From positions 96,001-160,000 of the forward strand of contig CAXXMR010000012.1 in NCBI GenBank assembly GCA_963663805.2: DNA of 64,000 bases, written 5' to 3'. The stretch comes from Sedimentisphaerales bacterium (lineage in GTDB: Bacteria; Planctomycetota; Phycisphaerae; Sedimentisphaerales; SM23-30). Shown one piece after another: positions 56,428 through 64,000 of the stretch (positions are counted from its first letter, which is position 1; each line of letters begins with the position of its first letter). The notes under the pieces are model-generated. The model was not told where the DNA came from. It was given only the letters and a program-made list of their open reading frames with translations, and ran no database searches. The translations under genes were made by a program, and so were the position numbers.

Positions 56428-58161
56428 TCAAGCCCTGGTCACGTCCAATGCCTTGCGAATTTCGCCCAGGAGCTGGTCTACTTTGAACGGCTTATATAAA
56501 ACCGCCGAAAGTCCTTCACGATTGGCACGCACAATTGAATGGCCGGGGTCATAACCAAAACCCGTCATCAGAATAACCGGGGTTGACTGGTCAGCATCGC
56601 GAGCGGCAGCAAAAATCTCGTAACCACTTGCGAAAGGCATCTTTATGTCAGAAATCACCAGGTCGTATTTCTTCTGCTTGAGCATTGCCAAAGCTTCCCG
56701 GCCGTCACAGGCAATGTCGGTCAGACAACCGTACTGCTCCACCACATCAGCTACAGTCTGACGGATGAAATGCTCGTCGTCAACCACCAGAAAATGTCGG
56801 CCAGCAAATTCTTTTTGGTCACCATATGCGGGCTTACCGGGCTTGGCCCCCAGAATACCCTTCGGGGCTGAACGCACCTGGCGAATACCCGATTTGATTT
56901 GGGTGGCCAGGTCTATCACTTTTTGCAGGCGATGACGTATATCATCATGACCGATATAGTCCTCCAGCAGCATCGCCGCCTCCGAGACAATATCGTTCAG
57001 AGGTTCCGACACACACTGATTGAGATTCTGGCTGGTTTCACCGGTGGTCTGATAGCGTTGCACAACCAGTAAGTCCAGAATATTCAAGGCAATAGCGATA
57101 TATCTGCCCAAAATTTCTGCCATCTGTCGGTCGTCTTCGCCAAAAGCACCTGCCTGATGGCTTTCCACGTTCATAGTGCCAATGATACGGTCATGCAGAC
57201 GCAGGGGCACGGTAAGACTGCACCTAACCCCGTCAAGGCCGGGCAGGTAATGGACGTCTATCTCCGGATTATTACATATATAACTGCGACCAGTAGAGGC
57301 TACATAACCAGAAATCCCGTTGTTGTCAGGACTTACAAAAACCTCCGTCTGTTCATCAGCCGGCAGGTCCACCCCAAACAACACCTCCAGCTTGTTATTC
57401 TGGCGGTTCCAGATACGTACCACAAAATGGTCAAAGTGTAGAAGTTTGCGGGCATATCGAACAATTTTGTCCTGAACAACCTGGATACGCTGTTCCACGG
57501 TCATCTCCGCGACCGCCTCGGCTTCCAGCCGAACCAGTTCACGACCGGCACTATCAATCGCTTCGATGCGTTTGCGCAACCGGCGGCTGGAGGTCTCTTC
57601 CCAGATTACCACAGCAACCTGACCGAGCTGCCCTTTCTGATTGGTCATAGGTGTAACCGCCATCTCAAAATAACGGTCGGTCGCCTCGTCGGTCAATGAG
57701 TATTTGCGGGGCCGCCACTGCCCATCCCTGGCAGTACGTCCCTTGCTGATGAGACCATTAAAAAAATCGTAGCCTTTTTTACTGAGCTCAGCCAACTGAA
57801 TCCGAATCGGCTCCGGGAAAGAACCCGCTTTTCGATTCGCCCAGAGCAAGGTGCCGTCACCACTGACAATGCAAACTGCCTCATCAATTGTATTGAGAAT
57901 ATCGACCGCCTGCTGAGAAACCGCCGCCTGCTCCAAGGGAGGAAAACCGCTCTGGTCGGAAAAAACCGCGTCAAAACTGTATTCTCTCAATAACTTAAAT
58001 GCCTGCTGAGCGTTTTCGACCACAAAGATCTCGTATTCAGGTCCCAGAGAATCGAGGAAATCCTGATTTTGCCTTTGAGGGTCACAAACTACCAGCAGTT
58101 TGGGTTTGGTGGCTTTTTCTGACATTTCCGAAGACAGGTTCATACTCCTACAAAACTCCAA
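56428..58161 (-). CDS. Signalling protein: degenerate REC-PAS-like-GAF-helix-REC
   Basis: GAF (GISGYVASTG...LTVPL...IGTMNVES) and C-terminal receiver (VVDDE, ISDIKMP, MTG, KPF). Confidence 0.85.
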   Translation of the reverse strand: MEFCRSMNLSSEMSEKATKPKLLVVCDPQRQNQDFLDSLGPEYEIFVVENAQQAFKLLREYSFDAVFSDQSGFPPLEQAAVSQQAVDILNTIDEAVCIVSGDGTLLWANRKAGSFPEPIRIQLAELSKKGYDFFNGLISKGRTARDGQWRPRKYSLTDEATDRYFEMAVTPMTNQKGQLGQVAVVIWEETSSRRLRKRIEAIDSAGRELVRLEAEAVAEMTVEQRIQVVQDKIVRYARKLLHFDHFVVRIWNRQNNKLEVLFGVDLPADEQTEVFVSPDNNGISGYVASTGRSYICNNPEIDVHYLPGLDGVRCSLTVPLRLHDRIIGTMNVESHQAGAFGEDDRQMAEILGRYIAIALNILDLLVVQRYQTTGETSQNLNQCVSEPLNDIVSEAAMLLEDYIGHDDIRHRLQKVIDLATQIKSGIRQVRSAPKGILGAKPGKPAYGDQKEFAGRHFLVVDDEHFIRQTVADVVEQYGCLTDIACDGREALAMLKQKKYDLVISDIKMPFASGYEIFAAARDADQSTPVILMTGFGYDPGHSIVRANREGLSAVLYKPFKVDQLLGEIRKALDVTRA

Positions 58162-58345
58162 AATACTTCTAATAGCCTTACTACTACAGACTTAGAATGA
58201 GTATAGCGGCACCGGCAAGTTAAGGGCAACAGGAAATACAACTTTTTTCAAACTCTAACAAGTCATTATTTGCCAACATGTTATAAAATCAAGAGCCAAC
58301 CTGATTCAACTCACTACCCGGAACCGAACGATTATTTCAGCGCAG

Positions 58346-58373
58346 AAAAAGCCCGGCTGTTTTTCAGTCGGGC
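58346..58373 (-). terminator. Intrinsic terminator after xerC
   Basis: GCCCGGCTG-TTTTT-CAGTCGGGC stem-loop preceded by A5 on + strand. Confidence 0.65.
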
Positions 58374-58437
58374 GCTCTCAATTCCTCCCAGGCAATCAAA
58401 ACTGCATTGCTGGTTTTGGTTCGTAAATATCAAAATA

Positions 58438-59469
58438 TTAAAACTGATTGTGGTCAGTTTGATTATTAGCTGGATAGGGGTTTTCCTGGGCATGGGGATG
58501 GGCTTCATCATAAACCTGTTTCATGCGGTTAGTAGTCAGGTGAGTGTAAACCTGCGTCGTGCTTAACGAACGATGGCCGAGCAACTCCTGCACAACCCGG
58601 AGGTCCGCTCCATTATTGAGCATGTGAGTCGCGAAACTGTGACGCAAAGTATGAGGGCTGATTTTGGGGTCCAGACCAGCCTGAAGGAGGTACTTGTCGA
58701 GTTTGCGGCGTACAGAACGGGTGCTGAGTCGCTGTCCGTGCTTGTTGACAAACAGGGCCTGAAGGTCGAAAGTATCTTTGCGAGGATGAGCGTCGCGGAA
58801 TGTCAGATAGCGTTGAATTGACTGCAACGCAGTCGAGCCGATGGGCGAAACACGTTCTTTTTTGCCCTTACCGCGAACATGAACCACTTCGCCGAGGAAG
58901 TCAATATCGGTCAGATTCAGACCGACAAGCTCACTAACCCGCAACCCGCTGCTATAAAGAGTTTCCAGGATAGCCTGGTCGCGAGCGCCCAGAATCGTGG
59001 TGATGTCAGGACTGTTAAGCAGGATGTTTATCTTTTCCGGGTCGAGACAGCGGGGCAGCCGTTTCTCCTGTTTAGGAGTACGAATAGCCGCCACAGGGCT
59101 GGTCGCGAGATGCCCTCTGCGAACACAGAACTTGTAAAAGCTGCGTAAGGTTGCCAGCTTTCGGGCGGAGGTCGCCTTGGAATAGTTCTGCTCGTTCAGA
59201 AAGGCCATAAAAGCCCGGATATCATTCGTGGTCGCCTGCAGGATCATGGTTTGCGGATCGGCGGCGACCGCCGTGCCGGCCGTTTCCGGCTGGCCGTAAG
59301 CGGAAAGGCTGTTAGCGTCCTGGTCGCCTTCCGCTTGTTCGGTGAGATTTTTGTTGTAGCCAACATACTGATGAAGATCAGCTGAGTAGCATTTTATAGT
59401 ATGCGCGGAAAAATGCTTCTCGTAGTTTAGGTAATTCAGGAAATCGTTGATAACTGGGTAATCTTGCAT
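58438..59469 (-). CDS. xerC: Tyrosine recombinase XerC
   Basis: YSSGLRVSEL, VRGKGKKER, HTLRHSFATH and LLGH.SLSTTQVYTH; integrase N-terminal SAM-like domain. Confidence 0.9.
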   Translation of the reverse strand: MQDYPVINDFLNYLNYEKHFSAHTIKCYSADLHQYVGYNKNLTEQAEGDQDANSLSAYGQPETAGTAVAADPQTMILQATTNDIRAFMAFLNEQNYSKATSARKLATLRSFYKFCVRRGHLATSPVAAIRTPKQEKRLPRCLDPEKINILLNSPDITTILGARDQAILETLYSSGLRVSELVGLNLTDIDFLGEVVHVRGKGKKERVSPIGSTALQSIQRYLTFRDAHPRKDTFDLQALFVNKHGQRLSTRSVRRKLDKYLLQAGLDPKISPHTLRHSFATHMLNNGADLRVVQELLGHRSLSTTQVYTHLTTNRMKQVYDEAHPHAQENPYPANNQTDHNQF

Positions 59470-59637
59470 GACAAGGTCATTTCCATCGGCGATGGTTTAT
59501 TATTGCTCTGACTTAACGGTGGGTGCTTTTGCTGCTACCGTCTGGCCAGTTCCCACCTCAAACTACCGCCGGGTCAAGGCAATAGTGCAAGGTGCCGCAC
59601 ATATATATATTTCGGTTTCTTAGGCCGCCTACTTGAA

Positions 59638-59901
59638 TCACAAATTCGAGGAATTGCTTGTTTTAGCAGGTTTTTTTTCCTCATGCCTGTCTTTTGGACA
59701 AAGCAGTTCGTCGGCCTCTTCTACAAGGTGCTTACTTAACTGAAAACTCAGCACTGCTGCGTCAAACCAATCAAAATTATTATTCCGTTCGTTGGCCATG
59801 ACCACAAAAGCGTCAAGTACATCTTCTTCGTTGCCGGGCTCGTAACGAAATACAAATCGTTCTTCACCCTTTACTAATGATAGTTCTCTTTGTTTGGACA
59901 T
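59638..59901 (-). CDS. Small conserved-looking hypothetical protein
   Basis: 87 aa, LVKGEERFVFRY...FDWFDAAVLS; TAATG coupling to the upstream gene. Confidence 0.7.
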   Translation of the reverse strand: MSKQRELSLVKGEERFVFRYEPGNEEDVLDAFVVMANERNNNFDWFDAAVLSFQLSKHLVEEADELLCPKDRHEEKKPAKTSNSSNL

Positions 59902-60656
59902 TACCAGGCTTCCTCTTCATCTGAATGCAGTCGCCGTCTTTCCTTAGCCAGCAGTTCTCCAATCATCTCATGGCAGGTAAAACTTATGTAGTTTCTGCTG
60001 GTAGTATATTTCTTCCAATCCAGCGGAGTGTTTTGCAGTCTGCGGCTTCTGGAAAAATCCTTCAGCCTTATCACCACATCATCCTGCTGGGCATCGTAAA
60101 TTCTCACAACTGTCGCCGAAGGTTCGAGCCTCGCGCCCGGATTCATGACAAAGGGCTTGCCTTGCCGGGCCAATGCTCCGGGGTCCACAAAATCAATGTT
60201 CTGATCCTGTTCGCTATCCTTTTCCGGCTTGGTGTATAACTGTATCGCCATACCTACCAGCGGCGGGAAATAAGGGTCATAGCGGGTAATCGAACCGACG
60301 ATTATGCCGTCAACCTGCAAAGCATTCGCCAGATTAACCGCCTCTTCAGGGCTATTAACCCCTTCCTGCATACCCAGCTCACTCATCACCGCCAGAACAC
60401 GATTTACCGGAACCACACTTAATCCCCGAACCTGTTGCAGTTCAGTAAAAAATTCGTCGGTCACGGCAATGCTGTCCAGGTTTTCCGAACCGGACTGGTT
60501 GAGAAACGGAGCCACCGCAAAAATTTTCGGCTCATCATACGGATTGTCGAAATACCGGTCGATATACACCGACGGTCTGCGACATCCAGCGGAAATCAGC
60601 GTTGCCGCGACAACAGCTAATAACACACTCCTTGATTTGCGGGGGGTCCGGCTCAT
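59901..60656 (-). CDS. Putative lipoprotein (TolB-N/CsgG-like fold)
   Basis: Lipobox ISAGC; AVAPFLNQSG and VDGIIVGSITRYDPY. Confidence 0.7.
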   Translation of the reverse strand: MSRTPRKSRSVLLAVVAATLISAGCRRPSVYIDRYFDNPYDEPKIFAVAPFLNQSGSENLDSIAVTDEFFTELQQVRGLSVVPVNRVLAVMSELGMQEGVNSPEEAVNLANALQVDGIIVGSITRYDPYFPPLVGMAIQLYTKPEKDSEQDQNIDFVDPGALARQGKPFVMNPGARLEPSATVVRIYDAQQDDVVIRLKDFSRSRRLQNTPLDWKKYTTSRNYISFTCHEMIGELLAKERRRLHSDEEEAW

Positions 60657-60680
60657 CCTTGGGCCTTCACTATTAACTTT

Positions 60681-61898
60681 TTAGTTTGCCAAAAATCCAC
60701 TCTGAGGATGCCGCGTCAAATCCACGGGTTTATCCATCGCGAAATCTATCTGATGCGGCTTGACCGACCACACATTATTCGTCCCGGAACGATCAGAGCA
60801 GAAATAAACTCTGCCGTCAGGACCACAGGTCGGCGAGAAGTTCGCCGCGTCACCATTGGTAAGCCTCAGACTGTTGGTCCCGTCCAGCGAAACCATAAAT
60901 ACATCCTCACCGGTATTGTCGGGGACCGGCTCCTTGACTTTTTCGTACTGACTCCTGCCTACAGTACTGTAAACCAGAGTCTTGCCGTCCGGCATCCACG
61001 CCGGACCAATACAGGCATGGTCAATGCTTGTAGCGATTTCGGTCGGGAATTTCGCTTCGCCGTCCAGATAATCAACCGTCCAGATACTGAACCACTTACT
61101 GCCCCGATTGCGGGCTAACTGGAAAGCTATCTTGGGATTTTCCTTATCGGGGCACCATTCAGGATAAAGACCATAGCCTATCCATTGCTTGGTCGTGGGA
61201 TTATCAACATCCAGAACCCAAAGCTCCCACTGCTCCGAACGCGGGCCGTAAGAACTGTAAACAATCTTCTTGCCGTCGGGCGACCAGGAAGGATGCACAT
61301 CGTTACTCGAACCAGTCGTTAAACAAGTCGGATTTGTACCGTCAACGCCAACCACCCAGATATCCCAGCTTCCCGAACGATTACTCGTATAGGCCACCCG
61401 GTCGCCCAGGGGCGAAAAACACGGATGCATTTCACTGGCAGGGTCGCTTGTCAGCTTTGTCGCGGTCGAACCGTTTATCTTCTTAACATAAATATCCGGG
61501 TTCGGAGCGTGACGCAGCGAACTGAAAACTATCCATTTGCCATCAGGGCTAATATCAGGGTCGTAATCGCCGCCTTCTTCACAATAACTATGCTGGGCCA
61601 GCGAACTAAACGGCTTAGCTTCAAACTGACGCGGTTTCCAGCCGTTGAATTCACCATAAAGATTGGTCTGAACGTGACGAGGCTGCTTAGGCCGGAACCA
61701 CGCACCGCGTTCAACCGACTGACAACCAACCAGTAACGACAGAAAAACCACCCCTACAAAAACACAAAGCCGCTGAGAACCTCTGATGGCATAAGACATC
61801 TTGCCTTGAGTTTTATATTGTTCTATGGCTCGGCTTGTTTTCATTTCTGTCTCTGTCACCAGGATATCTCCTGCATTCTTTTGCGCTTTATATAGCAT
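60681..61898 (-). CDS. TolB-like PD40 beta-propeller lipoprotein
   Basis: PDISPDGKWIVF, PSWSPDGKKIVY and PAWMPDGK repeats; lipobox LLVGC; start uncertain (61898 or 61799). Confidence 0.85.
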   Translation of the reverse strand: MLYKAQKNAGDILVTETEMKTSRAIEQYKTQGKMSYAIRGSQRLCVFVGVVFLSLLVGCQSVERGAWFRPKQPRHVQTNLYGEFNGWKPRQFEAKPFSSLAQHSYCEEGGDYDPDISPDGKWIVFSSLRHAPNPDIYVKKINGSTATKLTSDPASEMHPCFSPLGDRVAYTSNRSGSWDIWVVGVDGTNPTCLTTGSSNDVHPSWSPDGKKIVYSSYGPRSEQWELWVLDVDNPTTKQWIGYGLYPEWCPDKENPKIAFQLARNRGSKWFSIWTVDYLDGEAKFPTEIATSIDHACIGPAWMPDGKTLVYSTVGRSQYEKVKEPVPDNTGEDVFMVSLDGTNSLRLTNGDAANFSPTCGPDGRVYFCSDRSGTNNVWSVKPHQIDFAMDKPVDLTRHPQSGFLAN

Positions 61899-62542
61899 TA
61901 GCCAGCTCCTATGCCGCTGAGTTAACTCCCGAAATGCAGTGCACTCCGCTTTTCTCCACTCCCGAACGGAACATCACTGGTGTATTTATCGGCCGCCATA
62001 TAGTCCCAGCTAAGTAAAAACCTTTCTATTTTTTCGCCGCTTCAGGTATAAACCACAGCAGTGTCATAGTTATCGGCCAAAAAGGGGCAGTTGCTTTAGC
62101 AAAGTTCCAGAAATAAAAAGCCGCCCTAAAACCATAACTGCCTTATTAGCAATAAAATACGACAATAACCCCCACCGAGACATCTTTTTATATCTCAGGA
62201 TAAACCTTAAGATAATTCCATTTTCAACCCAATCTGGAAGGCCCAAAAAATCGCCGCCAAAACCCAAAAATCTATAGGTTTTCAAATTTCCTCCCCGACC
62301 ATGCCCGATAACCTTGTTGATAACGCATTATCCACATCACAAACAGCAACTCCAGCAATTACCCATGCTCCGATGCAAGCAAAATGCCTTACTTTTAGCA
62401 ACACCTAAAAAATAGAAGATAATTATTGACATTTTTCGACATAGTTATACATTGGGGACTCCTAAAGGGTTGTATTTTCAGACCGCCTTGTGCTGGCGAT
62501 CATTATGTGTGCGTTTTATACCTTTTTTTGGAGGAAAATGTC

Positions 62543-63184
62543 ATGTTCAGTTTGCGCGCAGTTTCTGTCTGTCTATTTTTATACATTGCCATCTCCTGTT
62601 CCACATCTTCAGCAACTTGGTCTGAGCCCGCACATTTGGAAGAACTCAACCCGCCATACACCAATCTTATTGCCGCCAATCCATTCTTAAACGAAGATGG
62701 CACAAGACTTTACTTCGCAAAATTTGAGTCCTCGCCGGGGGATCGTGAAATATTCTACGCCGACCTTGACCCGGTTAATGGAGATATCCTTTCGGTAAAT
62801 CCCGTTCTGGGGCTTTCTCAGGGATACAATAAACGCTGGCTTTGTGTAAGCCCTGACGAATTAACACTTTATTATACTTTGGAACTTTCGGCAGACCAAT
62901 GGGTCATTCAAGTGGCCAAACGTGACGCAATTACATCGGCCTGGGATTCTATCGAAACCCTTACAGAACTAAGTATTACAAGCGGACAAACCTTCGCACC
63001 GTCGCTCACTCCGGACGGCCTTACTATTTATTATTCATCCAACAACCCAGACGCTTCCGGCAATTATTCAATCTGGCGGGCAACCCGTTCATCAGTTGAC
63101 GACCCATTTGGTACCCCCGAACAGGTTTCTGAGCTCAACTCTGAACGGGGTGGAATAGCCCTGCTTAGAAGGAAAAAAACCTGA
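62543..63184 (+). CDS. Secreted PD40-repeat protein, possibly truncated
   Basis: GGAGG RBS, signal peptide, three blades (PFLNEDGTRLYF, VSPDELTLYY, PSLTPDGLTIYY); TTGACA-16 bp-TACATT at 62426. Confidence 0.65.
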   Translation: MFSLRAVSVCLFLYIAISCSTSSATWSEPAHLEELNPPYTNLIAANPFLNEDGTRLYFAKFESSPGDREIFYADLDPVNGDILSVNPVLGLSQGYNKRWLCVSPDELTLYYTLELSADQWVIQVAKRDAITSAWDSIETLTELSITSGQTFAPSLTPDGLTIYYSSNNPDASGNYSIWRATRSSVDDPFGTPEQVSELNSERGGIALLRRKKT

Positions 63185-63217
63185 TTTTATACCTTAATTG
63201 TGCTTCTGGTATTTTAC

Positions 63218-63251
63218 GGCCCCCATTATTAAACAGATGGGGGCCTTTTTT
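63218..63251 (+). terminator. Intrinsic terminator
   Basis: GGCCCCCAT-loop-ATGGGGGCC followed by T6. Confidence 0.75.
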
Positions 63252-63335
63252 ATAATTCCCTCAACCGCTTGACTTTAATGGCTTTATAAGATAGACTCGC
63301 TCCATCTGGCGCATAAAAACCAGGCGGAACCATCT

Positions 63336-64000
63336 ATGGCAAAAGTTGACATCATCATAGCACTGTACAACAAAGAACCTTATATTGCCCGGACAATCAA
63401 GTCCATTCTTCATCAGGAAGAGACCGACTGGCATCTTATTGTGGTTGACGACGGCTCAACCGACAAAAGCCCGGATATCGTAAAAAAATTCGCCGACCCA
63501 CGCATTGAACTCATCCACCAACAAAATGCCGGACCCGGCCCCGCCCGTAATAAAGGTATTGAATTAGCCACAGCAAAATATGTAGCCTTCCTTGACGCGG
63601 ACGATGAATGGTATCCCTGGTATCTCACCAATGCATTAAAGACAATAAATAGTAATGATGTCCAAATGGTAGCCAACACTTATTATCAATGGCCCCAGCG
63701 AATAAACACCACCGCCAAATGGAGTAATGCCGGTGCCCGGCCGGGCATTTATGTGATAAAAGGTGATGAACCTCTGGACTCGATCAGACATGCGGTTAAT
63801 TTCCTGGTCCCCTGGAATACTTTATTATATACAGAAACCGCACGAAAATATGACGGCTTTTATGAACATTCCCGGCGCGAGGAGGACACTGTCTTTTATA
63901 CTCGCGTGGCGTTCAATGAAAAATTTATGATTTACGGTCCGCCCGGAGTCAGATTTCACAGTGAATGCTGCGGTCTGACCTTGAAGAATCGCCCCTTGCC
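63336..64000 (+). CDS. Family 2 glycosyltransferase, runs off the window end
   Basis: Not in the ORF track; MAKVDIIIALYNKE...VVDDGSTD...NAGPGPARNKG...FLDADD; TTGACT-17 bp-TAGACT upstream. Confidence 0.9.
   Translation, partial: MAKVDIIIALYNKEPYIARTIKSILHQEETDWHLIVVDDGSTDKSPDIVKKFADPRIELIHQQNAGPGPARNKGIELATAKYVAFLDADDEWYPWYLTNALKTINSNDVQMVANTYYQWPQRINTTAKWSNAGARPGIYVIKGDEPLDSIRHAVNFLVPWNTLLYTETARKYDGFYEHSRREEDTVFYTRVAFNEKFMIYGPPGVRFHSECCGLTLKNRPL

Noticed and set aside
56402..56429. dif-like site (GAATAA-ATATG-TTATGTTAATC) 2 kb from xerC
   Set aside because: The XerD-like arm matches 9/11, but the spacer is 5 bp rather than 6, the XerC arm is poor, and it overlaps a stop codon
58438..59469. 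Tyrosine recombinase as a prophage or island integrase
   Set aside because: Motifs and length fit chromosomal XerC; no tRNA, att repeat or phage genes nearby

Overview
Bacterial chromosomal window, probably an anaerobic planctomycete (Phycisphaerae-like). This is inferred from the many PQQ-type beta-propellers, the PilM with Gly/Met-rich partners, the Ser/Thr kinase architecture and mreBCD. No tRNA, rRNA, CRISPR array or intact transposase was seen. Housekeeping and envelope genes include icd-like, lpxK, mreBCD, lptD-like, dapF, folD, xerC, pilM, a polysaccharide block and an ArsR-controlled CoA-disulfide reductase/rhodanese. The main candidate for an undescribed system is a co-oriented 18-gene cluster at 3761-28198, divergent from an AraC gene. 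It combines a URO-D/MtaA-like enzyme, four PQQ-like propellers, a LolD/MacB-type ABC system and a NapGH-like membrane Fe-S module. It also encodes a fused NuoE-HndB-NuoF protein with bifurcating-type motifs and a stripped-down GltD/StnC-like partner that lacks its NAD(P)H-binding domain. It ends in an isoprenoid module: HdrA-N-like ferredoxin, a radical SAM resembling archaeal GDGT ring synthases, a DUF116-polyprenyl synthase fusion, a prenyltransferase-repeat protein and a DxDD class II cyclase. A second striking signal is an extreme local C/A versus G/T strand skew that is independent of gene direction. It builds up across 10-30 kb and flips at about 36.0, 44.1 and 47.2 kb, next to small repeat elements. 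All family assignments come from motif recognition by eye, not database searches.
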